A stretch of DNA of 64,000 nt from positions 30,442,001 to 30,506,000 of the forward strand of contig OZ038378.1 in NCBI GenBank assembly GCA_964036045.1, read 5' to 3'. The position numbers and the translations under genes are program-made. Origin of the DNA: Eutreptiella sp. 'Long Island Sound 2002' (lineage: Eukaryota > Protista > Euglenida). The notes under the pieces are model-generated. The model searched no databases, was not told the DNA's origin, and worked only from the letters and a program-made list of their open reading frames with translations. Shown piece after piece: positions 12,539 through 26,109 of this stretch; the stretch's first letter is position 1; every line of letters starts with the position of its first letter.

Positions 12539-12789
12539 TTTGTAGGGAGCCAAATTTAGAGGCCGCTTTTAGGTAGACAACCCTTCATGTGGTGTCTGTG
12601 CGCCCTCCCCCCAGGGCAGGGGTGCCAATAAGCAATGGCCTGGCCTCCAGGGCTGTGTGTGGTTGTGGGGGGTAAATTCTACCAGTTGCAATGTGGTTGA
12701 AGAAACGCTGGAAAGGGGCAGAAGAGGTTCGGGCGGAATTGAGCAATACCTGTAAGGAGGGGGGCATAAAAGCAAACGAAGCAGGGGGG

Positions 12790-12965
12790 GCTGGGGTTTG
12801 CCATCAAGGCTCAGTATATGTGCTGGTTGGTACTTCCAGGTGTACACACTAGTGTGGGTTTTGAGGAGCAAATTGTCACATCGCTTGCACACAAATGATG
12901 GGGAAAGGTAATTTTGGGAGGTGAGAGTGGGGCCGTTGTTCCTCTGCTCACAAGTGCTGCTTCAG
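12790..12965. repeat. ~170-bp dispersed repeat (other copies 13965-14150 and 61500-61650)
   Basis: CCATCAAGGCTCAGTAT(A/G)TG is shared with the 13965 copy. CCTC(T/A)GCTCACA..TGCTGCTTC is shared by all three copies, in the same orientation. Confidence 0.65.
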
Positions 12966-13188
12966 CCCCTCGGTGGTTCCAAGACACCAGCGCCAGCAAT
13001 GCTGCACACGAAGTCCTTCCCCCGCTTGTTACCTTTGGCCTCCTGTTCGCAGGTGCAGCCTGGGGCTGGAAACCCCCCCCCTTGGTCCTCGCCTGCCGCT
13101 CCTGACTGGAGGTCTCCGCACACTTTCCAAGAGGAGGTACCTCACCAGTGCAGCTTCCCTGAGCGTGGACCGCGATGGTCTTGGGCCA

Positions 13189-13280
13189 TGACGTCAGGTT
13201 TTGAAATAACCAGCATGATCCTGACCTCATGCCAGACTCACTTAGTTCAATTCATTGCAATGTTCTGCAACCACAAATTG
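13189..13280. repeat. 92-bp near-identical direct repeat (partner at 62505-62596)
   Basis: TGACGTCAGGTTTTGAAATAACCAGCATGATCCTGACCTCATGCCAGACTCAC..CCACAAATTG; three mismatches by eye. Confidence 0.9.
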
Positions 13281-13401
13281 TTTCGCCTTGCCGCTCTCGC
13301 AGCGCAAACCAGATGGTCTTGGGAGAGTGGGGGGGCGGGGCGTCTGCCTTTCCCCCCATGTCAGCGCAGGCTGGGGGGTTGGGCAGGCATTGGGCACACA
13401 C

Positions 13402-13644
13402 GTCTGCATGAATGCCGTTGTACATGTCGCCCTGCACGATCTCTGGGCACGCGTAATGAGGGGACCCACAGGATGTCCGGAGCAGGCCGTCATTGGGCAT
13501 GGTCGAGGCCATGCCAAAATCCGCCAGTTTGATTGCCCCTCGGTTGTCCAGCAGCAGGTTCTCGAGCTTCAGGTCGCGGTGGCAGATGTTGCAGCCATGC
13601 ATATACTGCACGCCCATCAGCATTTGGTGGAAGAACACAAATAC
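13402..13644 (-). CDS. Same kinase, coding exon 2 (subdomains VIa-IX)
   Basis: Acceptor TTGCAG|GTA, 243 nt (81 codons): VFVFFHQMLMGVQYMH..CHRDLKLENLLLD..KLADFGMA..RTSCGSPHYACPE..YNGIHAD, then donor GAC|GTGTGT. TSCGSPHYACPE is the BRSK-type activation segment. Confidence 0.95.
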
Positions 13645-15744
13645 CTGCAATGACCGCCCAAGCAACTGAACGAACGTAGGACTGGCCTACTGTAGATTCA
13701 TGGGGAGCGGTTCAGCGTAGTTCGGACCCGCGGCGTGACGGGGATGGGGGGGGGGGGGGTTGGAGGGGGAGTGGAGACACCAAACCTGGATGGGGAGAGA
13801 GGGGGCTGTGTCTACCAAGAGCTACTGGATTGCAACCACTCAAAGGCACATAACTGCAAAGAGGAGTGGTAAAGAGGAGGAGGCAAATTGGTATGTGAAA
13901 AACGCAATGGCGAAACGCACTGTCAGCGTGGTAACCTCAGCGAGAATCTCAGAGGGGAGGGGGGGGGGGGTGCCATCAAGGCTCAGTATGTGGGCTGGTT
14001 GGTATTTCTGGGTGTAGGCACTGCTTTAGGTTTTGAGGGGGACGAGGTTTATGTCGCGTGTGCTAAGCCACTCACTGGGGTATTTTCGGTCGGTGAGAGC
14101 GGCACACTTATCCCTCTGCTCACACTTTGCTGCTTCTGCCCCCTCGGCGTCCCTCCCACGCTGGCGCCGGCATGAGTCACATTCAGTCATTGCAGTGCTC
14201 ACCGGAACCCATGTGGGACCTGAGACACAGGGGAGATGAACCATCAAAGGGGGAGCAGGTTTGCCGGTTGGGACTTTTGGTGTAAGGCACTGGGGTCTCT
14301 GTGTGGGTGTGCCTCCGGGGCTGTGGAGGGCTGATGTTTGGCGGTGCAGTGTTTCCGCTGCTCGCCACTCATTGTCTCTGTTTCTTCATGTGCCGGCCAG
14401 ACTCGCACACATCAGAGCATGCTGCTGGCGTCGGATGTCAGCTCGCAGCTCCTGCCGAGGGACACAGGAGCTCGCCTTGTTGGCTGCGTGTCAGATGGTG
14501 TTGGATGGGGGCTCAGGCTCTCCTCGTGAGTAGCACCTGAACCCCCCGGGTCGGACCAGCACTCGCTCACAGATGCACATGCTGTGGGGGAAGGTGGGGG
14601 GGGAGGAGGAGGAGCTACAGGCCTTTCACCCAATTGCACGCAGGCAGCAGATCTAGGACTTGTCAGCTCGTGACGCCTCTCGTCTTCATCCCGACGAGGT
14701 GTCCGGCCTGGGTACACCTGAACGCCGCCATCGGACAAGCTGGTTCGGCCCGTAAGACCTATCAGAGCTCCTAAACGGCGCCTGACGCACTATCCCAGAC
14801 TAAGAGTGTGCGATCCCTACTGCCGTACCGCACAGGTTGACAGTGCTCTGGTACCTGCGGTCATAGGGATGAGTAAGGCCTTAAAAGATGTGGGGCTCCC
14901 TACCACAGTAGTGCTGGTCTTCGCTGCCCTGGTGCCTGCGGTCTCTGGGAGTAATGGCTGTAGCTGGACTCGATCCACCGACGCCTGGCATGCGAGCAAA
15001 GCTTTCTGACCACTGAACCACTCGCCAGGCCTTTGGTGGGGGGGGGGGGGGGTTGATGAGTGGCGCTGTGCTGTGTCCGTGCTGGCTCCGCCCCATGGAC
15101 CCTGTCCCTTTGGCACCCTGTCCCTTTGGCACCCTGTCCCCTTTGGCCATAGATGGACGATGGTCGTCACCCTCCGGAATCACTCCGGGAAGACTCTCAT
15201 TGCATTGTCCATGCGTCCCCTTTGATGGGAGGAGGTGGGGGGTGGGGCAGGGACTTGCTTGAGCAGGGGGTGGGGGGGGGTTTGTTTGATTTGATTTGAG
15301 GGCCGATCTTGAGGCTCACAGGCTGCCTCGGGGGCGCTCGATGGCTGTCCAGACGACTCTGCATATCGGCCGGCCATGCATGCAGTGCACTCCCGGCCGC
15401 GTCCGCGGGCTAGGGGGGGGGCAGGCCTGTCGCCGTGCCGCGGGATGGGCGGGGGGGGGTTTGGCACAAGGCCTTGGTGGTTGGCTCTGTTAGCCTGTGG
15501 CGGCGCCTATTGGCCTCTCGCCTTTGAACCTTCTGCTATGACAAGCAGGCATATGTACTACTGCGGGCATCCGCACTGCCGCGGGCATCCACCTTCCTGG
15601 GTGAGAATCCAGAATGCAACTTCTGCCCATGGCGTCCTCCCCTGACGGCCTGATCAGTGCCCGGTATGCGGTCATCATGAAGACCCCAAGCTGGGAGGTG
15701 CTCACCACAAGCAGCAACGTGAATGTCACACAAGGCCATGGGTG

Positions 15745-18700
15745 CTAGCTCCCCAATGTGTGACTTACTGGTAGTGCGTTGCAGTAATATCTTCTGCGCT
15801 CTGTGCTATTCATAGCGAGCGCGTTGCACACGTATCTTCGCTCAGAGTATTTGCACTCTGTCCACGGCGGAGTATCTTCCTTGCTGGCGGTAGTGAGCAG
15901 CCCCGCCCACCAACACGCCCCACAAGAGTGCACGACAGTGCCCGGTCCATCTTTAGGGACCATCCCCCACACTACCGGCCCAAGCTCAACTGTCCACTAC
16001 AGGCCACCCTAGCAAAGCTGTGCGACGGAGCTGTGGCAGGCCCTTACGCTCTACCAGGCCTTCCTTCGCCGAGGCCTACCTCTGTGGTCCTCGTGCTCTA
16101 CCAGGCCTTCCTGGGCTGGGGGACGGTAGGGCAGGGGGGTGGGGGGTCACGGTGCCCCCGGCGGACGTCCGCCCGGGCCGCGCACACCTGGGTCACGGCG
16201 CGCGAAAGGCGACCTGCACCATGCGGGCGCTGCTGCCACGCCCGCCGCCCGCGCTGTGGCGTCATCCCCCACGCGGGGGTACTGGTGCTGCGGGGGCTGC
16301 GGGGGCAACCCCGGGGCGGGCAACGCCGCATACCACATGGCGTATACCTCCTCGGGATCGAGGCCGGCACCGCTCCGGCCGCCGCATACAGGTCCGGGGG
16401 CGTGGCGAGGGGCCTGTCGCCCCAGGAGAGGCACCGGATGGTGCTGTCGTGGGTGACACCTACCCAATGGCCTCCGGAGTCCACCTCCTCGCCGTCCCAC
16501 CCCTCGATCAGGAGCACCCGGCGCTGAGGGGCGCAGGTCCAGGACTGCGGGGTGGGGGCCCCGCCGCGGCAAACGGGGAGGGGACACACGTCCCAGAGGG
16601 GCGCCAGCAGAGGGGCCACCTGAGCGGGCTGCATGCCATCCCTCCGGTGGAAGCGGGGGGACCGCCAGAGCAGGGCTGCCGCCCCAAACCTCCAGCCGAG
16701 GGCCTCGTGGAGCGCGGGCCCAAACACCGCCAGGCCCCGGGGGACGCGCGACAGGGCCGACAGCCCCCATCTGCCCCCGTAGCCATCCAGTGGAGGAGGC
16801 ACCCCATGAGGATGTCCTCCAGGTTGAGGAGGCTGGGGGGCAGCACCCCGAGGGCGTGCAGCGCGCGGGTGACGCTCGCCAGGGACTGCTCAGTGCGCGG
16901 GAGGCGGGGGGGCTGCGCCTTGCTCACATGAGCCACATGAGCCAGAGGCATAGGGCTGGCGCCGGGTCGCACCGCGCCATCCAGCAGCGCAGGCGGCTGC
17001 GGGGAACCGGCTACAACCCGCCACGGCTCATCCGGTACGGGGACGGCGGCGGGTGGGGGCGGTACGGAGGGTATATTGCGCCTTGGCATGGTGCAAAGCT
17101 GTACCCACAGCGCGGAGCGTGCCGGGCGTCGCTGACCGGAGGGGGGAGGGGGTGCCGTGCAAACATGACAGGGTCCGCGACCGAGGTCGCGCCTTGCCCG
17201 AACATCTCTCCGAGGTGGCCGTGCCCCTGGGCCTGATAATGGGTGGCTGTTGGCGGGGCCCGCGACGGCGTTCGCCGAAAACTGGGGGGGGGCTCCCTGT
17301 GAAGGGGGGGGGGGTCTGGAGCCGGTTGTCTTCCCTCCCCGCCGACCCGGCTCTCGCCCATTCTACCCCGGCGGGCCCCGGACGAAGGGCACGGATGGTG
17401 CCGCCCGCCGGGCGTAGAGGCAGTCCATCCGCCGCGGGACCGCGGTCACCAAGCGGCGCGATGAGAACAGCTGGGCCGGCCCATCCAGAGCACTCGGGAG
17501 CGGGTGCGTGCCCTCCTGCGCCATGGGCGTGGGCATGGGCGTGGGCACACGCGTGGAGGTTGGACAAGAGGCCTAACCACGGGGTGTTGTGCTGTGCTGG
17601 CACGTTCAGGTCGGGCTGGCTGCGCCCCAGGGCCTCGGCGAAGGAGACCCTGACCCTGTCCACCTAGGGTGACTGGGAGGGGACGCACCCGTTCCTGCTC
17701 AGGGTGGCAGAGGCGCAGTCTGCCCCCACATACTGGACCGCCGCGGAGGCGACACCCAGCGTCTCAGCAAGGCGCCATGCCTCCAACTTGCCCGCCCACT
17801 CGGCGGTCCAAGGGCTGGCTCCTCCATCGCCCCATCCGCGGCCAGGAGGACCCACCCGGACTCGTACAGTCGGTACACCTGGATGTCCACGGCCGCTGGC
17901 TGTGCCACTGCCGCCAGGAGGACGTGCACCTCCAGGTAGGTTTTTGCCATGGTGTGGAGGAGGCGTCCTTGGCCTAGGTCATCCAGGCCCTTCCAGTGGC
18001 CTGGGTGGCGAAGGGCACAAACATTCTCGCGGACGAGTACACTGCCTGAATCCATGGCCCCGAGAAACCCTTGAACATGCCGGAGGCGCATCCGGCTGTA
18101 CAGGTGGGGGAAGCCAAAGCCTCTGCCTGCGACGGGCATCCACAGCAGGGCCTCAGGGCCCCTGTCAAGACCCTGTCCACTGCCTGCTCTGTGAGGCGAA
18201 GGCGCGTCTGGCACGGCAGCATGGCCTCGTAGACATAGCCCAGATGTGAGACAACATACGCCAGGACGATGCACAGGACGACCACGTAGGCAGGGCACAC
18301 ACGGTAGAGCGCGCACTCTATCTTCGCCATGCTCGCCTCTGCCTTGGCGATCTACGGGACTGGGTGCTCGCCCATCACCAGGGGTACCCCGTTGAGCACA
18401 AAGCCCCCAGATTGCAGCACGAACGGGCCCATGGGTGTGGGCAGAGTCCCCAGAGCGCAGTGCAGCCAGCTGAGCAAGACGAAGTGGTACACCTTCAGCT
18501 TTCCCACTTACACCGAGCCACAGGCTGCCGCGCACGTGACCGCGCAGATGCCCAGTAGCCAGGCCACGCCCCACCCCGTGAGGGCGAAGTGGCGGCGGTC
18601 GTCGCTGAGGGCGAGCTCGGGAAGGAAGCCCTGGGGGGCGGCGGGCTGCCATGGGAAGTAGGCCTACGAGTCCGGTGCGCCAGGTCGCCAGTCTTTGGGG

Positions 18701-21700
18701 TACAGGCCCCCGCGGACTGCGTGGCGGAGGTACTCCGCCCTTTTCTCCGAGATCTTGGACAAGTACCCCACGCCCTAGCTGTTACCGTGAGCCCCGCCAT
18801 GGCGCAGCTTGTACGGGCCCGCCAGGCCATACGGGGAGGGGACCCACATGCCGAGCCAATGGTAGAAGTTTTGAAGCCAAGGCGACAGAGACTCCTAGGG
18901 GGCCTCGTCATCCCACGCCCCGGCCGCCTCACGGTCTAGGTTGTAGAAGGCGTTCGCCTCATCCCATTCGTCTCACCAGACCGCCGCGTGTTGGATTGCC
19001 TAGCCAACCAACAGCCAGCGGCAAGCCAGGGCCACGGTTTGGCCCGACAGCTGCCGCCGGTAGGCGAAGAGCTCCGGGGGCACAGCGCGCTTGAGCTCCC
19101 GGCGGGCCACCCGGTGGTCCTGCATGACGCCCGTCTCCAGCCGCCGGACATAGAGCTCCCGCATGACGGGCCGGTTGTTGCGCACCTGCCCACCGGGAGC
19201 TTCTTGGCGAGGCAAAGGTGGAGGACCGCCGAGAGCACGCGGCTGAGGGTCCCCGATGCCAGGGCTTCCAGGCCACCCTCGAGGACCCGCAGGCGGAGAC
19301 TAGCAAGGCGGATACCAGGCGCCGCGGCATTTCATCGAGGGATGTGGCCAGGGACCCCCTTCTGACGGCCAGCTCCATGTCGTGGTACATCGATGTGGCC
19401 CCCGCTACCAGCACGGGGCAGCGGAAGCCGTCGGGGCTCACCTCGGTGAGGAGGCGGAGCTTGGGCGGCCGGAGGCGCAACGCTCGCCCTGTGTGGGACG
19501 TCAGGGCCACCCCCTCCTGCTTGGTCTTCTCCACGCGCAAGAGGACACCGCACGCCGCGTCTTGGCGCTCTTGCCACAAGGTCTGCACCGCGTCCACTGT
19601 CGCTTATCCGACGCCCGCCTCTAGATCCCGGGCCACCCGCAGGACGTCACGGTCCGGGGGGCACCACGAGTCCTTATGGGAGGGCACCAAGCCTTCGAGG
19701 ACGGTCCACACCGCCTGGACTGCTTCATCCGGGGTTAGGCGGGCGTGGGCTGACCACCACAGGGCCAGCGAGGCCGCCGCCGCCGCGGGCGCTTGCTGCT
19801 CTGGCCTGAGCAGGGACCAGTGAAAGCGGTGGCAGGAGGGGTCCTCTGCCGCGAAGGTGCGCTCCGCGGACCCGAGGTTGCACTGCACCATCTGGTGGGT
19901 GCTAAGACCGGGGAGCAAGACCTTTTTAGCTCCCACGCAAGGGGTCTGCGGTCCCACGAGGATCCAGTCTAGCTCGCGCTCAGAGGGGCGCCCCAACTGC
20001 CAGACGACATTCGTCGGGTCGCCCGGCCGGTACGGGGCTCGGAACCCGGCTAGCGGGCCTTTTGGGCCTAGGCCTTGGAGAGCCACCCTTCCCTACGCGG
20101 GCACTGGGCCTTGTTGAGGTCGCCGGCCACGACCTTGACACTGGCCCCTGCCGTGCGCAGCAAGTCACAGGCGTCGCCCACGACGGTCCGGCGTCGCGCT
20201 GCGTGCAGAGCCGGCGGTAGGTGCAACTTCAAGGCCGCTAGCACCGCACCCTTGGCGGGCTCCACACGCACGCAGAGGCTGTGCTCGTGAGCGTGCTCGC
20301 GGACCTAGGATCCGTTCAGGAGGCGTGCGTGCACCAAGGTGACCACCCCCCCCCCCCCTTGGGAAGAGGAGCCCCACGCACACACGGTACGGGCAGGCCG
20401 GCCAGCCACGCCGCAGCAAAGTGCGGGTCTCGACGTCGGACTCCGCACAGGCGAGGTACGCGATGAGGCGCAGGACCTTCCGCAGGTCCGACCCCACGCC
20501 GCCGCCATTGGCTGTGACAACACAGAGCGTGCCCACGTCGGGGGGGCTGCACCGCACGTGTTCTAGGGGGTCGTGCGGCAAGCGAAGCGCGTACCAGGCA
20601 TACTTCTGTGGCGGGCTCGAGTTTGGGAAGGGTGGCTCGCACCTGGCGCTCTGTAGTCAGCCCACCGGGACCGCCCCGGGTTGGGCTGTACCCCTGAGCT
20701 CCACAATGCCCCGCGACGCCATCTCGGCGGTGATGGGCAAGGCGGAGTCTTGGCGTATACAGAATAGCCCCCGCTGCGGGGCCTCCGGGGGCGGGGCCGA
20801 GGCATCGCTCGCCCCGGTCGTGCGGAGCTTCCCGCGGCTGGAACACTCAAGCCCCATGGCATACAAGGGCCTCGGAAGGCCCGGGGGCTCGCCCCCGGGG
20901 CATAAGCGGCCGTGGTCCCCGGCGTCGTAGCGCCAGTGTGCTGGGCTGTCGAGCAGGGGGCCTAACTCGGCCGGGCACCAGGCGCACAGAACCGCATGGG
21001 GGAAAGGATGGGGCACTTGCACCGAGCCTATGTGTGGAGGGGCCCAGCACCTGCATCCGGGGCTAGAGGATGCCGAGCATGGCATGGAGGTGACACGGCT
21101 CCTAGGGCTGGCGGCTGTTGCCCCATCGGAGGCTGCGGCGGCAGCGGCGGCACTTTTGGCTTCTTCTTGAGGGGCTGGCACTGCTCGGGCGGTGGGGAGA
21201 AAAGGGAGCCATCGGCGCAGTGCGACCTCAGCGTTGTGGACACGTACCCTGCCGCCGTCATCACCGGCATTAGTGCGCGTGTCTCGTCCCCTGCGAACGC
21301 GCGTCACATTGCCTCGAAGCCGGGGACGTACTCGCACCCGCAGTGCAGGCAGTGCTGCGGGATGAAATTGGTGGACCCCAGGTGGGCCCGTAGGGCGTCC
21401 CTGACCGTGGCGGTCGTCATGGTCTCCGGATTAAGACCGGAGACCTCGATGACCAATTGGCGGGAGGCGGGGGACCCCATTCTTGCCTCGGGGGAGGGGG
21501 CCGGGATCGGGGCCGCGTATGCCGTCTGGCACGGGGCGGCGGCGACGGGGGACGGGGGTGGGTGCGTCCGGGGGCTCGGCTGCGGGGCTTGGCCGGGGGT
21601 GGTCGATGCGCGCCAAGGGGCCGGAGCTGGAGCCGTCAGCTGGGCATAGGGAATGACGCTAGGTGGGGGGAGTGGCCGGTAGGGTACTCGGGGGTCGGCG

Positions 21701-22906
21701 GGTTCATCGGCTGGGGTGCCGCTGGCACGGACGCCCGCCCCGGAATCCTCGCTGGGGCCTCCAACGCCCAAGCTGGGCGCTGGGCCACAAGGGGGGGGGG
21801 GGGGGGGACAACTCCCGGCACGTGCTGGGTGGCCGCCCGGGCCGAGGTGGGCAGCGACGACATGCCCCTCTAGACCTTGACCGAGGTATCGATCGACCAG
21901 AGATCCTTCGGGCGGTCGCGAGAGCCGGGCGGGCAGCTGTCGCGACCGCCCCTACAAGGGCCGTCCGAGAGGTGCCCCGGTCCGTGGTCTGCAGGAGGGC
22001 CGCGCGCACGTGGGGCGGGACATCGGCCGTGCACGCGATGGTGGTGGCCACCGCGGCAAAGGGTGTGGCGTCCGGGAGGGCCACCACGGACTGCCATAGC
22101 CGCTCGGCGCACCTATGGCGAGTCTCATCCGCCAGGGTGAGAAAGTCGCCGGCCTCCATGTACGCAAACCACTCAACCAGCGCCGCCGCCACTGCCGGGC
22201 CTTCCGCCCCCCAGCGCGCTGCATTGGCTATGAGCACGTTCGCGACCTGGTCGCCCGTCTGTGCGGTGCGGAGGGCAAACACGATGCCGAGGGCAGACAA
22301 GAAGGCGGCCATCCGGAGATAGAGGTCGTCCTTGGCCGTGGATAGGCGGGCGGGGGCTATCAGCCTGGACGCCTCGGCCGCCCGCTGCGTGCTACGGTGG
22401 ACCGCAGTGTGGCCCTCGTAGGGGGACCAGGCTAATGTATGGGGGGCCGGCGGTGGGAGCGAGGAATATTGGGGGGCTAGTTAGTGCACTGTAGGAGAGT
22501 TGTGCGATAGGGCCGGGTGGTGGGAAGGAGCCGCCGGCACTGGCGCTCCCCCTATGGGCGGTGCTTGGGGGCAATGCATCGGAAGCTGGGGGAGGGGTGG
22601 TGTGGGGCTCAAGCTGTGTCCCCCCCCTCCAGATGGAGCGTTGGGCAGGCGGTGTGTGCCCTCCGCGATAGCCGTGGCATCGCAGACAGGGGCGAATAGC
22701 GGCCCCCCTGGTGAGGGGCCTAGCGGCGGGTCGTGGTCTTGCGGCGGATGTACCGCCGCGTGGGGGCCCGGCGCGGTGGCCCGGGCCTCCTAGCGCCTGA
22801 GGGAGGCCCCGCTGCCGTCCCTGGCTACTGAGCCGGCACCGCGGCAACATGCGCCGCGGGGGCCGCGCTCGGCTGGGCCGGCTCGAGGACCGTCGGGCTG
22901 CCCTAG
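15745..22906 (-). mobile_element. LINE-A, 3' part: ORF1 tail, APE, RT, RNase H, C-terminal extension (stops and frameshifts)
   Basis: Zinc knuckle PCLRCHGYRGGH (~22690). APE: CVVTANGGG, VAGDLN (~20120), LDWILV..STH. RT: KKLP..NNRPVM, DEANAF (~18955), HGGAHGNS, ALSDD (~18600). RNase H: LAADGA..TAEWAGKLEAW..GAD. The 3' end was not located. Confidence 0.85.
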
Positions 22907-23869
22907 AGACCTACGTTAAAAACAATATGGTTACTTTCAAATTTTGATAATGAAAGGGGGTAAAAATTAACCTGGCAAATATTAACACGTTAACCCAATT
23001 TCGTGTCATTTGCAACGATTTGCTTGTGCGCGTACCATGCCCACTTGAAGTGTTTGGGAGGTCAAAGGGCGCCCAACGGGTTGCTACAGGGGTTGCATAG
23101 TCCGATAGGCAGTTATGTAGCCCCACACATCCCTCTCCGGTGCCCCCACTCACCCCATTCCAAACCTCCTTTTTCCCTTGTGTAGCTCTTGTGATGCCGT
23201 TCTCTCGGGACACCCTTCTCGAGCTTAGTATGACGCTCACGCGTTTGAGTGGGGCCAAGAGTTTGCGGGACCCTTTGGTCTCCCAACTCCTTGGTGAGTG
23301 GATGGCCTCATCCCCTTTGGCCAAGGCCCGGTGGTACGAGGCCTCTGAGGCTTCCCAACTCCCCATCATTCGCAACAAGCAAATAGAGGCCGTGAAGCAA
23401 TATGCCTCCGTCCTCTTCCCGGCGCCCGAATTCATCGGGTCACGTATGGACTTAAATGTCCCCAAGGGCGGCTTCCGGCATGTGTCGGAGTTCATGACCC
23501 GCCGGGGGGCCGCTTACACCGCCGCAACCGGCCTCCCATTCCCCCGCCCCATCCCTTCACGTGACCGCTTCACGGGCACATGGAAGGAGTTGGTGAAGCT
23601 GCTTGCTCTAGATTGACACGTGTCCATGGCGGATCCCCCAACAAGCGGCCGCTCTTGGCCGTTGCAATGGTGGGCGCGCTACTTACAATCGCGTGTACCT
23701 GCGGCTCACTAGTGGCTAAGTGGAAATGTGAAGTTGGGGCTCATTTGGGGCTCGGTTGTGCAATGCGATGTCTTTGTGCTTGTTTGTTGTGCTTTTTGCG
23801 TGCTAGGTAATGCGCATTTACTGTTTTTAGAAGTTTTAGATGCTCACTTGGTCAAGGGTCAAGGGGTGG

Positions 23870-24670
23870 GGTATTTTTTTTGGCGACGGCTCAGTTGACT
23901 GCGCGCCCGACTAAGCCGTCACTGAGCCGTCACTGACCCAGCTCACTTAGCTCTCACTTAGCTCTCACTTAGCTCTCACTGAGCGCGCCAAATGGCTCAC
24001 TGAGCGCTCATCGGGCGCTCACTGAGAGCTAATTAGGGGCTCACTCAGGGCTCACTCAGGAGTTTCTCCCCCTTTCCGCCCTGTCTTCCCACCCTTGCCG
24101 GCCCACACTTCACCCTTTTCACACCAACACCGGTCCGCAGTTGTCACCATGTCTTTTCTCCAAGAACTTGAGCGTGCATGCACACATACATACTTGCACA
24201 CATGTACCCACCGCAACAAACACACCAACATCCAAACACACACACTTCGTGAGGGACACAAATATCCAAACACATACACACACATACACCCATACACACG
24301 TCCACACACACATGCACATGCACAAATTGACAACCACATGCATTCTTGTTTGCAACTATCTTGTGTGTACATAAACACATGGCGACATTGAGGCATGCGC
24401 AGTGAAGGGCTAGGGAGAGATGGTTACGGGGTTGGGGTTCGCGGATATGAACCTAGCCATTTGCGAGGGTGTTCCTTGTTGCCTCATGAAAATGGCACAA
24501 ACCCCCCCCCCCCACACACACACACCATGAAGCACAAGTAGGGCACAAAGAACATTGCTTGCTTTTGTGAGGTTCATCATACAACCATCTTGACCTACAC
24601 CATGACACATAGATCCCCCTCCCTCCTTATCCCCTCCCCTCCCCTTTTGCTATGCTGCGTTCCCCCGCTT
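23870..24670. repeat. Left inverted arm, high-identity part (partner 52500-53305)
   Basis: Long exact blocks, e.g. GTTGTCACCATGTCTTTTCTCCAAGAACTTGAGCGTGCATGCACACATACATACTTGCA, occur as reverse complement at ~53000-53060. Confidence 0.92.
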
Positions 24671-25059
24671 CCCTCGTGTGTAGCCCTTCTGTTCTCTTGC
24701 CTGTCCCGTCCCCTTGTCCTGCATTTCCTATTTTTTGGCCGTGGCATCACATGCATGATGCTGGCAGCAAAGACGATGACCTTTGCAAGTATGTTGTGCT
24801 ATTATGTGTGTGTGTGTGTGTGTGTGCGTGTGTGCTTGCGTGTGTGTGTAGTTGTGCCCATGCGCATGTGCGCAGTGTACCCATGCGCATGTGCGCAAGT
24901 GTAGACACATGTCGCAAAATCCATTACCTTGAAATGTTCTTTTGCTGACCAACATGCTCCATTTCACTGGTTGTATTTTGCAGGGGGTTTTCCACTGCAT
25001 TCTTAGCTTTTTGCCATCGCTCGCACAACATGTGCAGCAACGGTGACCTCCTTGAAAGC

Positions 25060-25480
25060 ATTCCTAGCATCCTCCCCTTCCCAAAGCTTCTTGAAATGTT
25101 GGTAGCAATATCGCAGGCACCACGAGGCACCAACTCCCCCGTCCCTTTTTCCAAGCAAATATTCCAAGCACGCTCCCCTTCTCAGGGCTCCCCGAAAAGT
25201 TGGTAGCAATATCGCAGGCACCCTGTGGCACCAACTCCCCCGTCCCTTTTTCCAAGCAAATATTCCAAGCACACTCCCCTTCTCAGGGCTCCCCGAGACT
25301 GGTAGCAATATCGCAGGCACCCCATGGCACCAACTCCCCCGTCCCTGTTTCCAAGCAAATATTCCAAGCACGCTCCCCTTCCCAGGACTCACCGAAACGT
25401 TGGGAGCAATATCGCAGGCACCCCGTGGCACCAACTCCCCCGTCCCTTTTTCCAAGCACATATTCCAAGCGCGCCGTGGT
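25060..25480. repeat. ~100-bp tandem repeat, 4 units
   Basis: GG(T/G)AGCAATATCGCAGGCACC at 25101, 25202, 25301 and 25402. Confidence 0.9.
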
Positions 25481-25639
25481 GCCCCCTCCCTCGAACTTTT
25501 TTCGAAGCGCACATGCAATCGCTCCCCTGCCAGCAAACTGTGTACCAATAGCACAAGCCCCCGACGGCCGGAAAACCCTGCTGTATTTTTCCAAGCGGTT
25601 GTCCGACCCGCAGCGCGTTGGTGAAGAACGCCATCTATG

Positions 25640-25745
25640 TACATGGCTCCGCCACTCCTCAAAGACAAGCTGCCCCGGCTACCATGGCCACGCGTGGCCA
25701 ATCACAAGTTCCCGACCGTGGGACTGAATCACGGAGCACCGGGTT
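25640..25745. repeat. ~105-bp direct repeat (partner 27186-27290) bracketing the RRM segment
   Basis: TGTACAT(G/T)GCTCCGCCACTCCTCAAAGA(C/G)AAGCT..GCGTGGCCAATCACAAGT..CACGGAGC(A/G)CCGGG. Confidence 0.85.
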
Positions 25746-26109
25746 ACAAAGGCACAAGACAAGAGCACGGATGCTGACTGCTCAACAGAAAGCCGACCTC
25801 GACAACCAATTTGCAAAGACACAGAAGGACATGGGCAAGGCGCGGGCGCGCCTCGGCGAGCTGCGTCCCAAGGTGGGGACCACTCGCCCACTTGCCACGT
25901 TTGATAGACAAACCTCCATGCCATAGCACAGCAAACGCGCACACAAGCACACAAGCACACAAGCACTAAGCCAAACAGTGCACTGCAGTATGCGCGCACC
26001 ACACACATACCATTAAGGCATGGTCCCGAGGGACACATGCAGAGTGCACGGTCCGGAGGGACGCATGAATGCCACGGCACAGAGGACAAACCGCACAGCC
26101 AAAAACGCC

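Noticed and set aside
14150-15740. Assigning this GC-rich coding-like stretch to LINE-A's 3' end
   Set aside because: No tail, TSD or recognisable domain was found. It could be LINE-A or a separate relic, so it is left uncalled.
24050-24950. ORFs rich in HT/CV dipeptides here and at 36900-37420, 47060-49900 and 52800-53150
   Set aside because: They are translations of CA/TG microsatellite sequence.
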